55,128 nt of DNA, filler included, from Perkinsus olseni (GCA_013115125.1; 3 parts of 3 records of this genome joined end to end with filler, not necessarily neighbours in it), one strand, 5' to 3'; numbered from the whole stretch's first letter, positions 23,700-36,202 are shown. The notes: generated from the letters alone by a model not told the origin. Numbers and translations are program-made.

Positions 23700-25819
23700 C
23701 TCAACTCTTGAAGTTACATCACACTCTGTGATGACCCCCTCGGACTCATCAGATTGGATGCTGATTGCTGTTGTTGTTGCGCAAGACTGCTCTGACTGCT
23801 GATCAGCCTCGACACATCGCTTGCTGATGAGGGAGGGGGCCTTAACGTCCTAGAGGGAGTAGAGTGTTATCATGCGTGATGATGATGAGCTTACAGTGAG
23901 GATGGTCTTGGTATCTGAGTCATTGAGGACGAGGGTAAGGGTACACGGAACATATGTTGTGTTGTTGATGTTGATGATGATGGCGCTTCATAAAAGGAGG
24001 AAGAAGTCGGCCTGGGAGTAGGTGCAACCCTGGGGGGCGGTGGGGTCGAGGCGACTAAGATGAATGACGATGGGTAAGGTCCGGACGTGGGCGGCGAGAC
24101 GACGTCCCGATATGATGTTACTAGCGGTAGTACTAGGCCTACCGGACAGCACGGTTCGTGGTGAGAACTGATGAGGTTGGAAGGGCCGAGGGGGTGGTGG
24201 TGGCGGTGCGATGCAGAAGGATCGAGATTGGACCGGAGCTAGAAGACAGATGATCGTCGATGCTCCAGAACTCAGACATCATCATACTCAGAGGGATTCC
24301 CGTAGACCCCCGAAGGCCGCCACCACCACCACCACCACCACGGCTCTGCTGCTGCTGCTGCTGTTGTTGCCCAGCAATAAATCCTACACCAGTGGCAGAC
24401 CCAAATGATGCCGTCCAATGTTGGCTGCTGCTGCTGCTGTTGTTGTTGTCCCCTCCTAGATGAACAGGGTTCGATCTCCTCATGGTCTGCGGGACCTCGC
24501 CACTTCCGCCAGGACCCTTTATTCCCTCACGAGTTCTCGGAGTTAGGCCTCCTTGCGTTCGGGTTGATACATTGATGAGATTGAATCCAGAAGACAATAT
24601 CTGAATGTTGTCTGACGCACCATCAAGCCCAGCAAGCCTGTACTCACTCTGCTAGACGTGTTGCTTGGTCTATAGTCCAGTAGGCTGTTAGCCGTCCTTG
24701 GATGCTGATTTCCACTGATTTCCTGATTACCATTTCCAGAGCCGGTTGATGGCCTACTGGTAACAAGAGTAGGGGGTGGTGTTGGAGGGGGAGTGAATGC
24801 TTGCTGCTGCTGTCGATGGTATGAGGGTGATGATGTTGATGATGACACTATCGCCCTGGCAATGAATTGAAAACGGTAGTGAAAGGGAGAGGTGCGGGGT
24901 TCCATACCCATCATCCGAACCTAACGACCTTCGCCCCTCCGCTTTGCTTGGTCCTCGATATTCGATGACTCCGCCGTAAGACGCCCTCCTGTTGTTGCTG
25001 CTGACCCCAGGGGGCTTCTTGGCGGCTTTGTTCCTCCGAGGAGGAGGATGGAACGCTCTCTGTTCCATTGGTGGAGTTCTCCGGGTTGTGACGAAGCCGT
25101 TACCTAATACATCGCTCCGCTGATAGTGGGGATTATTATCACTACGAAGTGGCTCTTCAACGTCATCTTTCTTTTGCATGCTACGCCTGAGCGCATCTTC
25201 GAGCTCCTCGACTCGTTCCAGCAGCACTATTTTCTCTGCCTCTAAGTCGTGAATCCTACTCGACAAACTGCAAAAGGTAAACCAGTGCTGTTGGTGCCGG
25301 AATGCAACGCTTCGAGCCACACCCCTGTTGCATCTCGATGAATCTCGTCTGAGTTTCCTCACACAGTGTACGATACGCCGCCTCTCCTTTAACTGTCGAA
25401 CGTAGTTGGTGGTGATCGAAGCCTGAAGAAGTTTCATCCGAAAGGTCGGAGGTTCAATTCCAGGCACCTCCTACCTGAGCCTTCGACACATAACATTATA
25501 GTCTCCTCCTCATTCACATACTCCCTGTGATCTAGTCGGGCATGGGTGAGGAGATCCATCTTGCTCCATCTTGCTCACCTCGTATTTCCTCAAGCCGGTA
25601 TATTGCGGCACACCCCTCCCCCATGCGAGCTTTCTCCTCGGGTATAAAAGCATCGACCTCCACAAGGAACCTTTCGAGTATTTCCTGCGCTGGTGCTGCT
25701 GCTGCTGCACCACCGCTACGACCGCTGAGCGGCAAACCCCAGAAGCGACGACCAGGCCCCGCTCCTGGTGGCGCTGATGATGATGATGGGCCGAGGGTTG
25801 CACGGATGGATGTGGTCAT
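23700..25819 (-). CDS. Hypothetical low-complexity / coiled-coil protein, multi-exon (3' end approximate)
   Basis: ATG 25819. Splicing gives an open frame ...EIRDHREYVNEEETIMLCVEGS|GFDHHQLRSTVKGEAAYRTLCEETQTRFIEMQQ..IHDLEAEKIVLLERVEELEDAL, then Ser/Gln/Gly/Pro-rich exons encoded by CTG/CAC/GAT microsatellites. Confidence 0.55.
25443..25472 (+). promoter_or_regulatory. Orphan B-box / tRNA-3'-half element in a 52-nt intron
   Basis: AGGTC GGAGG TTCAATT CCAGG CACCTCC T, antisense inside minus-strand intron 25423-25474. The 3' part resembles tRNA-Ala 3' ends. Confidence 0.75.
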
Positions 25820-26099
25820 AATGAGGGATCCTGACTACTGACACCTGTACTGGGCATGGGCATGGCATTGAACAATGAAGAACGCAAGAGGTTGAATCGA
25901 AGGGAGTCGCTGTAAGGAAATGTTTGAGGTAAATGATAATTATTATTATTATGCAATGGAGTTGATGATGGTATGGTAGTATTTCATCCATAATGAACTG
26001 ACAGAGCAATCGGTGTAGAGGGTTGCCAGCGGCCACCTCTCGATAAAGCAACAATAACAACTACAAAAAACAATAACGGTAATTGTGCAATTTAAAAAG

Positions 26100-29000
26100 A
26101 GCGAGAGTTATCCAGCAATCCTGCTCCTGTGCCGCCTGTTTGCGATGATAAGGGTTGGTGTATCGTCAACGGCAATGTCGCTCCAGAGCACGACGAAGAG
26201 GAATTCCGACTTGCCAGATTGCCAGGAGCACCTAGAAGTATGATATCACCCTGCTAGGGGCCACTTCGGCACTCCCACTTTTCCGCATAGGAGGCGGCTG
26301 CTGCTGCTGTTTCTTGCTGCTGCTGCTGTTGCCATTCCACCGCTCATCGAAGCCGTACTGACTAGCATGCAGGTGGGGCTCGGTAGCCGAACTCGCTGAG
26401 GAAGAGAATGACCTCATCATTTCACCATGATGTTGATGATGGCCTGAGATTACCTAAGCTCTTACTAGAACCTCCTCTTGATGCTGCTGCTCCTCCTCCT
26501 TGATTCCTGGTTGAACTGATTTTGAATTGCCGCGAAGCCTTCCCTCCTTCTGCCGACACTAGTCCGCCATCACTATCAGACGACCTTTCTGATAATCGGC
26601 TGGCCATCGACAATTTACGAAGTTGCTCATCTTGCAACTTCTGATACAGCTCTTTTACTCGGCCCAAAACCTTCGCTGTGCGCGCAGCAATACCAGGGAT
26701 ACCCCCTCGGGGCACGGTCAACTTCGAAACCTGCCAACGTATGCTCCACAAGAGTTATAATCGCATGAGCTGAAAAATTAGCGACATGAATCGCTTCGCT
26801 CCGTCTCCACTCACAAAATGCTGATTGATGAACTCATTATTAAGTTTCTTATTAGCCTCTTCACCAGAAGCAGTAACCATATCTTGTTCAAGCCAGAACT
26901 TGGCGAAAGATATCATCGTATACGAGTATCTGCCGCACGAAAGAATAATGATTCCATACCACTCCATTGGTAATTCTTACAGACTTCCTGCAGCTACTAC
27001 AACATCCGACCAGAGGATAATATTATGACATGAAGGTACACGATCAGGAACGATCGTACCCCGACATGACGATGACGATGATGATACCATTGCTGTGGAT
27101 GCAGACGGTCCTTCCTGATGATGAGTAGCGGCATCACAGCTGGTGACGAGGGGACTGAGGATCATCACCTCTGGTATTGAATCTGCTGAGGATCCTCTCA
27201 TTGAAGGGAATTTATCCGCTGTTGAGAGGCGTCGAGTAACTGCAGCACTACTAGCAGCACGCCAGTAACTAGAGGTGCCAGTAGATCTCGATTTATGGAT
27301 GGATACCAACCTCTCGGGGGCAGTTACATCAGCAGCTGAAAAGAGCTAGTTGAATATCCAGTTGATCTGCCAGTTCGCAGATCAACGCAGATGATACAGA
27401 TACTCTCTCCCTCGTTTGACATGAGGAATGATGATCATTATTACTATCAATGGCATCATTGAATAGGGTAGTGTCATCTCCTGCTTCACCCGTACCTGAC
27501 CATTCCAATTAGCCCAGGTCGGCATACGGAATAGAGTTGCCCACCAGCAGATCTGCTCCATTTTAGGCCTCCTCTCGTGAAGCTGCTACTGAGGTTGCTG
27601 CTGCTCCCAAGTGGATAATCTAGTAATTGCTCCCCTTCCTGTGGTGATGATGCAGTAATACCGTCATTATCATCAGCTAGAACTTCATATCTGATCATAG
27701 ACCATACTCAAGGGCCATCAAACTGGGTTATGACCCCACCCGTAGATATCGCGACGACCTCTCCTAACACGTATGAACCTGAGAGTTGATCTGAAGAAAG
27801 GCACCCAGGTTCGAACCTGGCACCCCTACTTTTTCTCGATATCCTTTGGGAATCCCGGCGTAACCTTCGTAGCACTACTATGCAGCCACCAAGTGATTAC
27901 CGCGCTGATCAACAAAGGACATCCCTCGGCCACGATCATCTGCTTATTATCGGGATAATAATTCCCGAAGCTTACTCGAAATCTAGATTACGTTGTCGAT
28001 ACCACTCCTCGCCCACTCCATGAAAGAGCTCCGAGACCTATAGGGGAAGACGAGCTTGATGAAGTCGATCTTTGATGATACGATAAATCAACTCCAATAG
28101 TGGGAGTATCACAAGATGGCTATCTAAAATCCTGTAAAAGAAAGGTTATGTTATGGTGTTATCGGACGCAATACTCGACCAGCAATTCGTTTTCAACTTG
28201 TCTCTCATTGTCGAGCTACGAGTGAGAGCGGACTACACTGCGACGAGTCTGCGACGTGCTACTCTATTAATTACAGCTTCATAGACGGTGAACTGATAGG
28301 TCAGGGCCATCCCCAGGATGCAGTTCAGAAATATGCCCTACGGATGGTCTACTTCCCGCTCACGCTGAGCAAATTTACTCGGACAGCTCTCTATCGAGCC
28401 CCTAGAGCTGAAGTTGATAGAGAAACAGCGCCCTCAGGACATCCTGTAGCTCGTTCAAAAAGTAAGCGGATACTTTCCAGTCCAAGCGTGTATACACGTG
28501 CAGGAGTAGATGACCGTCGAGTATACACGAGGTGCTTACTCGTTGATTGGTATTCACTCGTCTACAGATATCTCTAACCCATTTGGCAGCATTAACAGCG
28601 AATAATCCAAATAGCTCTGGTGGGCTCACTGATACATTGCGTATAACCTAGAGAGGAGATCCATCCATATTTGATGATGATAGAGGACATACCTTAACCA
28701 CAACATCAGCAGCCTCATTTTCCTCTACCGCAAAAAACATCATCAGTAATAGTGCAAACATACAAGAACCAGGACGATTCAAGTCTCGACCAAGCGACCT
28801 AAGTTCCGGAAAATTTGGTATGCACACTGCGTGCATGGAAATGACTACTCAAACTCCCGCTCCGAGAATCCTAAAGCCTGCCAGTCCTCATTGACAGTAT
28901 CATCAGATGTGGAGGAAGAAGGTGAACATTCGCCTAAACAATCATGCTTGTAGACAATTGTTCTGGCGGGCAGTACCCTCTATTGATGATGACGATGAAC

Positions 29001-31400
29001 CCCTATCCTGCTTAGAGGGAGGAGGACGTCTTGGTCGTCGTAGGGATGGAGGTAGGTTGATGATATCAGCGGAGTTAGAGAAATTATGGTACTCTGTATG
29101 TAGTAGTACCACTACAAAGAACTGTGCTAGACGTGCGTCGGAATATATATGTGGGTCAAACTCCGTTGCCAAGGATAATGCCCTGATGATAGATCAGCTA
29201 CCCACCTCTGTGAACGGCCCCAGTTCATGATACTACCGTAGTATCTTGCGGATCCTTCTCGTATGAGTATCAGGTTTCCGAAGACACCTAACCTGTAATA
29301 GACTATATATTGGAATTGAATACCACACCAATAGAATATCATAATGACAGTAATACCTGTTTTCGTCGCCTACGCCTCGGTCTATGTGCCCCCGCCTTGG
29401 CAACCCACGCTAAACACTGACGCCATCCTATCCAGAGTACATGTCAACGACATGACGCATACCAGTGTTACGATACTACCTCCCTTCTGTTGGGCACTGG
29501 TGAGCCTCTGCTCGTTGGAATCCTCTCTATCAGACTCGGTACACGTCACGTAATCCATATACTGAGGAAGGAATAACCTCACAAAGAATTGAACTAGGGA
29601 CCTTTCCATTACCGAATCCCATTCCGAAGTAGGTATATCCGCACTACTGCTATCCGATAGTTCGCCCTCTGCCACTGGGCGTGGTTCCTGTAGGGCCTGC
29701 CTTACTACTGTTGGCTCATCGCAGCCTACTGTAAGGCCGAGTGTTGGGGAGTAGCAGGAGTTCGGAACTGCAGACCACAACCAGATAGGACTCGTGCTTT
29801 TGAGTGAAGATAATAATACCGCATGATCTGTTGCTCCCTGATGGTAGTAAATTATAAAAAGATCTCTGACGATGATGACCGTGGTGGCCGCTCCCCTCTT
29901 CATAACTATCGGACGAGGATGACGATGACGCCGATGACACTCGAGTATCTGGGAGGGTTAGAAGATGATATATGAGTGTACCCCCCCCCGCTACTACTTC
30001 GTCGCGTTAGAAAGTTATCCCAGCCTCTTACAGCCTCGGTCATGAATGAAGGTTGTCGTGATGTAGGTGGTTGTTGTTGCTGATGTTGACGCACTTCCCT
30101 TAGTGATACCGTAGGCATGTTACTCCCCACAGTAGCATTAGCTACCGATGACGTTGAATTGGTACTGACAATCTCATCAAAACCATCGAAAAGGCCTGAG
30201 AGCCGGCTCCTGATTACAAGTGTCATCAGAACCCTTACTACTACCATTAGGAAACTCCTCTGGGAAGTGCGCCTGTTGTTGCTGCTGATCAATGGTGGAC
30301 TGTTTAGGAATCCTTCTATGCGCGTTAGATGGCGGCACAGCGAGAGAGTTCGCGGATGACCTACTAATGAGCAGTGGTATAGAGAATGCCAATCTTAAAC
30401 CAACAAAACTTAAACCAACAACTTATCGTTCCTCCACCCCAATACTACCTATTCCCTACTTCATCCGACATCCAACCTCTAGACAGCATATCGCCATTAG
30501 AAACACTCCCCTCACCATGTGTTGATGATGAGGACGACGATGAAGCTGCTGCTGCTGCTGCTGCTGCATTCAGAGATCTCATGTCGACATAACTGATAGG
30601 GTAGACACCTCTGCCGACAGAAAGTCGTAAATGTTGAGAATAATCCTTATCGTTGAGGAATCGAAAGAATAGCAAGATTGTTGGCAGCTCTGCACGCGTG
30701 GTCATCATTTTCTTTGTGATCATCTCGACGTCATCTCTATTACGGCGCTCTCGGTGAGCGTGTTATATGATACCCGAATATCCTACCTACTTCACTACAG
30801 GAGCCACTCCGCTAAGGTCTAACACTGCTAGATCCTCAGCCTACACCAAGCTACACAGTACTACTAGTCTATCGACCGTTCTACGTTATATCCATCACTT
30901 AGGTTGCGGAAGATCCACATACAAACTAGTTATATGAAGGGTATTATTCCAGGATGGTGTAGTAGGATAGAGGAGAAGTCATCTTTCAGTACTAGTCATG
31001 CTAGGAGCCCCGATCCACGGAAATTGTGGTATCAGATGACGAGCCTACCGTAGGCAGTAGCTGCTCACCTACCAGCTCTACCCCATCAACCAAAGATTCT
31101 CCTACTATTGCCCAAGATCCAGTAGGCTGCTTGGTATTCCAGTGTGAACTTGCTGAATGAGTTCAGGTACCCGGTAAAGACGTGAAGGAAGGGATGAATG
31201 AAGCATCATCTTTGGAAGATATATCTTTCAAGTGGGCTGCTATTAAGCTAAGTCTCTTTACAGCTTGTTATTGCTGTAGGTGCCGCACGAGTGTATACCA
31301 TAACCGCCGACGACGACGACGCAGTGGATCTCCTTATAGGCCAGTAGACTGTTGAGCTCATCCCATAACCATCGGACACATCTCATTTTCATACTCAAGT
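26100..31400 (-). CDS. Large multi-exon membrane protein, tentatively anoctamin (TMEM16)-like; boundaries approximate
   Basis: Hydrophobic exons plus segments EFDPHIYSDARLAQFFVVVL, PNFPELRSLGRDLNRP and VTPGFPKDIEKKFIR in the order of anoctamin motifs (DY.EM..QFG, NxxEIR.D..K..RRP, IPD.P). Similarity is weak. Confidence 0.45.
27800..27828 (+). promoter_or_regulatory. Orphan B-box element in a 51-nt intron
   Basis: GGCAC CCAGG TTCGAAC CTGGC ACCCCTA (palindromic core CCAGGTTCGAACCTGG) within minus-strand intron 27779-27829, whose removal deletes an in-frame stop (KDIEK|KFIRV). Confidence 0.7.
29586..29603 (-). promoter_or_regulatory. Relaxed B-box element in a 51-nt intron
   Basis: Minus strand AGGTC CCTAG TTCAATT C inside predicted GT-AG intron 29562-29612. 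Confidence 0.55.
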
Positions 31401-31521
31401 ATTGCGTTTGCAGGAGTAGGTTTGAGGATTGTGTAACCTACCAGTTGTACTAACACTAGTCACCCCATGCTCCGTTCATGGTCGACGGGGAGACGGTTAT
31501 TCAGTACGCAGGTTTTCTCGG

Positions 31522-31943
31522 ATGAGAAGAGGAGGTGTATATGGAGTATTTGTAATAGCCCTCATCGTCTTCGTTTGTCAGGCCCAGTGCTCTGATTCGA
31601 TGGACTCGAACCAAGTTCTGCCCTGAGTGTGGAAAGTATAAGGTTGGAGACACCAAAGGTAGACACTAGGCCCATTGCTTTGTCTCGTCGAGTCCTTCGT
31701 ACGTCACCGTCAGAGGATATGATCAGTGCATGCGATAAAATGTGGAGAAAGTATATGAGGCTCAGTGACTCTCACTGTCCTTTGTGGACACAATGTCGGG
31801 TAGGTGCTTTGGGAACGATAATTCGTAGTTCGTAGTTCGTGGTGGCGATGGTGGAGTGTGCTACGTAGGTTAAAGTGATAGATGGGAGTGATAAGGAGGT
31901 ATCGCTGTGGGAGCGCATGCCTCGAATTATTGGCCGCAGCTGA
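31522..31943 (+). CDS. Small hypothetical protein with N-terminal hydrophobic segment (4 exons)
   Basis: Splicing at GT-AG sites yields MRRGGVYGVFVIALIVF|VGDTK|EDMISACDKMWRKYMRLSDSHCPLWTQCR|VKVIDGSDKEVSLWERMPRIIGRS*. Confidence 0.45.
31591..31620 (-). promoter_or_regulatory. Orphan B-box element in predicted first intron
   Basis: Minus strand CAGAA CTTGG TTCGAGT CCATC (perfect GGTTCGAnnCC), antisense within predicted plus-strand intron 31573-31642. Confidence 0.6.
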
Positions 31944-32078
31944 ATACATTTCAACTGATGTAATGTTTCTATGGAGTGCTACTGATGTTTCCTTGGTAAT
32001 GCAAGGTGTTTGAGTTGAAGCAGCTACTCAGTCTAAATAGTTGACGATTACTAGCCTCACCACGTGGGGCAACCCGGT

Positions 32079-32302
32079 TCGGGACCTACTGCGTGTTAGG
32101 CAGTCGTCATCATACCCAACTAGACCACTCCAGAAAGCCGAAATCCCACCATTGCAGTCCCTGGTTTCGGTGATCTGATGAAATGCCCGTCTACTATATA
32201 GGCCGTGCTCGGCAGCAGCAAGACGACTCGTCGAGGGGGCTGACTCGAGAATCAGACTCGAGACCTCTCGTCGCCAAAGCGCCGTTCTTGCCGCTAGACC
32301 AC
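32079..32302 (-). pseudogene. Degenerate copy of the tRNA-Pro / spacer / tRNA-Val unit
   Basis: Aligns as a direct repeat with 36494-36712. The Val copy lacks its T-loop and 3' end; the Pro copy has a mutated anticodon arm and T-loop. Confidence 0.85.
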
Positions 32303-32894
32303 GAGAATCTCTCTTTCACTATATCTTGATCATCTACCGAGGTTATGTGGTTGCCTGACGATTCGCCTTTGTAGCAGACTAGGCCATGGCTAGACCAATT
32401 GTAGACTTTCTCCGCGTGTAATCGTGTTTTACTGTTTTTTCTTCAGAATGAAATAGCGCATGTCTAGATTCATTTGAATTTAGCGTCTCACCGTAACATT
32501 CTATCTCACCACAAAGTTTTGTAAGGATGCGGATCATGCGCAGCATGTGCAACGTGTATTGGGACCACTGCCGGAGGAACTCAATACAAGAAGGATAGGA
32601 TATAGAAGCGGGTGCGTAACCACGCGTCACTTGAGAACAAGGCAAATGAATACTGAAATGATGACAGATTGACACTCATGCATACTAGGGATACGCTCTA
32701 ATCACCAAAATGTTTAGGAGAGTGAAGAGACAGCAGTTTCATCATCATATAGAAACTACCAGCAGATACTCATAGGTTGCGCTTGCCCATGACAGCATTC
32801 CCCCACGAACCTGGCTCTAGTGAGGAGTCAGTCATGCTAGGGTCGCAAACTGTAACCAAGAGCAGTCAGCAGAGCTGCTTGCAGTTGGAAGAGT

Positions 32895-34100
32895 TCATTG
32901 GGTTTGGCCTTGTGAGCCAGGGGTGACGGTGGAAGAAGCGCCAGGGGCGCGGTGATATTGGTTCCTGGGTGATAACCATGTCTGAGTTCGATTACTGGCC
33001 ACTGAACAACAGATCCGACACTGCCTTTGGGATCCGCTTGCCAAGCGGATGGTCAGCTTGAATGGCTGTACTTCGGCATTGATATACTTCCTGTGGATGG
33101 AGATGACATCGCCGATAGGCCTCAGTTTTGATCCTTGTAGCTCTAGTGGCTGCACACTCGCATATGACGCCGCGGTCAACGGACAGATATACTTCGCGAA
33201 GTAGAATCTCATTGGATCCTTTTCGCAGAGACAGCATATAACGTCACCGCTGCTGATGTCCTCGAGAGATATACGGGACAAGGTTCTGAGAACCGGCTCG
33301 TGGTAGTCAACACCATCGTGGGGCACCAAGTGATCACCAGATACAATAGTTGTTGAAGGCGAACCATTGGAATCACTGTCGAGATCAATTATGTAGGTGC
33401 CCGACTCAGGGTTGATGCATCTGACCACCGTAGCAGGTAAGGTCGCTTCAGTAAACCTGCTGGTCGGCTTGGAACGGGAGAATATTCGATGAACCGCTCG
33501 GTATAACCCGCGCATCAGCTGTTCGCTGTCGCTCATCGGTACCGATGCTGACTCTCTTTGGCAACCATTCATCGATATGCTTCGTCACCGTAGAGACCAT
33601 GTTCTTGAGGTCATTGAAGTGGTTGAAGTCGGCATCAGACGTGGTGGTGCTCATTTCCCCACCAAGGGGATCGAGGATGAACAAGCCGAGAGGGGAAGCT
33701 CTCATATCAGTCGCCCGGGGCGACTCACCTCCAAGGTCAGCTGGGCCGCAGTAGGACGGTCGGTAGCTATCGTGTGGAAGTTGAGAGACTGTTGGGCAAC
33801 TTTACAGAGAATATCCCGACGGTCGTAAGGGAACATGTCCAGAAATCGTCGTAGGTCTCGATTTCGATGCTCCGCAATGTTGGATTGCGGAGGATATGGC
33901 GGACAATGGGGAAGTAACTTCCCGGAAGTTTGATCCCACTGTGGGGATTCCACACAAGGACCCTAGGGCCGCCCACGCCTTACTGGAGAAGCAAGATGCA
34001 TTATCCGAGGATATGGATAATGGCCACCAATAGTTCGCGATCCAGTCGAAGTAGATGCCTCGGGCGGCTTCCACCGACGAGTAGTCCCTTACCAAACAGT
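32895..34100 (-). mobile_element. Frameshifted retroviral-type (rve/DDE) integrase remnant of an LTR retrotransposon
   Basis: VEAARGIYFDWIANYWWPLSISSDNASCFSS (..P..I.SDNG..F.S), PYPPQSNIAEHRNR (YHPQSNG..ER.NR) and a GPY/F-like C-terminal region SRFTEATLPATVVRCINPESGTYIIDL..VSGDHLVP, spread over several frames. Confidence 0.8.
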
Positions 34101-34117
34101 GACTCCGGACTCCGGAC

Positions 34118-35604
34118 TTTCACGGTACGGTACGACATTTCCCGTGACAGAGCCCGAGATTTGAGTACGGTACGGCAGTACGACAGTATGGCACGGCACA
34201 CTCCCAGGGCCAGCAGATAGTCACAATCCAACTACAAATGACCCTTCTTTCTGAACGCAGGGTCGGCAAGTCTTGATGGAAACTCTTTCTCATGATCACT
34301 ACATGGCACGATACTCGAAAAGCACTATCATAGAACTACAAAGGCAGACTAGAAGGAACGAGCGAAAAAAAAGAACTGGTATTCTTTTAATGACATAGAA
34401 AAGCGAACGGAGCATCGAGTCCGACAACCTGCTCCTTCGGTTACGGACCGTAACTTACGGTTCAAATTCCCAGACACCGAGAACATCTCGTCGCAAGCCA
34501 CCGACCCAATGGGAATGGAGAGCACCTCGAAGGCCACTCTTGACAGGGTGGGTAACTCCGGGGTAACTTTCCAGAATTCCACCAGAGGGTCCGAGGGAAC
34601 AGCCTCCGCATTCCTGGATGCTAATAACGGTTATTAGCATGAAGCTAATAACGGTAATGCTACGGTTATCAAATAACCTTTCATACGCTTGAAACTCCCT
34701 TGTCACCGTACACATGTCTTCCTGTCGAATGCACGGCTCCCTTCTCTTGACACGCTTGAGTAGATCACATCGCGACTGCAAATTGTAGGTTCCGCCCTGA
34801 TCCTCATCACGCTCGGGGAATACCATGACTCGGTCTTCAATGTCGAAGACCCCCATGCACTCTCTTACAGCAGCCTGTGCCACATCCTCACGTTCAGTAT
34901 CAGCTACTTGTGGGCTCAGATAGGCAGCGCAGGTGCAAAGTTTACCGACTATTGTGTTGTCCGCAAGGAACTCGGCGAAATACTTTCTGACGCCACCTGC
35001 CAGGCTTTGCCTGATCTTGTGTCGTCGTCCGCAACCTCCCTGAACATCTTCGAGGATTGAGAGGAGTCCAGCGATGACGGGCCTTATCATTCCCAAGGTG
35101 GAGAACTTCGTCGCTGAGAACAGTTTCGTGGCATCGACGAAGTAGGAGAGCGTCTCCGTTAAGTCCTCAACGACCTCGTAGTCCCCAGCAAGCAGCTGGT
35201 ACTTCTTGCAGTGGCTGTAGAGGCTGTCACCGCGACCTCTCTTGAGGCACTGACGCTGATAATCATCAAACACACAGCGGTTGGTTCTGTACCAGTCAAG
35301 AAGATAGTAGGTCGAATTCCATCTCGTCACCACATCTCGGAGAGCGATGGTGCACTTCTTATTCTGCTGCTCAGCACATGCACGCAGCAAGTCAGCCGCC
35401 AAATTCGACTGGCGCAGAAAACGCGAATTATTCCCGGGCCACGTCAAGTGGGCCGCTTTCGTGTTCATGAACACAATTACCACAGCGCACGCCCGCGCAC
35501 GCCCGTACCCGTGATACGGCCGAAATTACGGTACGGGTACGGCATACTCCCGTACTCGGTAATTGTAACGGGACGGCTCCGTACCGTACTGATGCCCATC
35601 TCTA
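34118..35604 (-). mobile_element. Internally deleted hAT DNA transposon with transposase remnant
   Basis: DVVTRWNSTYYLL and dimerisation-domain motif FWK..ELPTLSRVAFEVLSIPIGSVACDEMFS. Terminus TAGAGATGGGC (minus strand, at 35604), GTACGGTACG subterminal repeats at both ends in inverted orientation, and 8-bp direct repeat CTCCGGAC at 34110-34117 and 35605-35612. Confidence 0.88.
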
Positions 35605-35612
35605 CTCCGGAC

Positions 35613-35995
35613 GGTGAGCCTGGGTCGGACTAAAGCCAGTGAGAATGAATTGAGGGTACCCTTACTCCTGTCATGAAGATTTCTGCATGGCACATTGGTT
35701 GCATAGAGCGGAGTTGAAGGGCCAGGAGAGTGGTAAGCTGTTCCCAAGAGTATCACTGATGAGCACGAACAAGTTCGAACAGATTGTCAAGGCGAGTATG
35801 AAGAGGTGGTTCCCAACGAAGGTCAAGGACTGGAACAAAGACAGGATATCTGTGCACTCTTTCCGGCATAGTGGAGCTACAATCCTGGTAGATGGAGGAT
35901 ACGAGGAATCCTCGTCGAGGATAGCACGGCGAAATGTACAGGAGGTTAGAGTCAGTCGAGCAGAGGCTGGCAGGGGTACGCTGAAAGCGCCTTGA
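35613..35995 (+). mobile_element. Tyrosine recombinase fragment (DIRS/Ngaro/Crypton-like)
   Basis: With one frameshift: LGRTKASENELRVP..CHEDFCMAHWL..KLFP..RISVHSFRHSGATIL (K, H-x-x-R pattern). N-terminal part and catalytic Tyr region not seen. Confidence 0.7.
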
Positions 35996-36202
35996 CCCGG
36001 CGCACTAGGGGGACGGCCGCCGTCCGACGGCGGAGAAAATTCTCCGTTAAGCGGTACTGATGGACTGCGATAATAGGCGACACGTTGTAAGCTGAGAGGA
36101 AGTAGCTCTACTGGACTAACTTGTAATCAGATATCTATGCGGTAGGTGTGTTTCTACTAGAAAATTTCTAGTAATGCTTCCGTGTTGGGTGGATAGTGGA
36201 GA

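Noticed and set aside
24300-24450. CAC/CTG/TTG tandem repeats as a repeat array or CRISPR
   Set aside because: Simple coding microsatellites (poly-Gly/Gln/Ser). No repeat-spacer structure or cas genes seen anywhere in the window.
24461-24480. GGTTCGATCTCC and GGTTCAAATTCCC (34459) as further B-boxes
   Set aside because: They miss the conserved C at the B-box position and lie in coding or transposase sequence.
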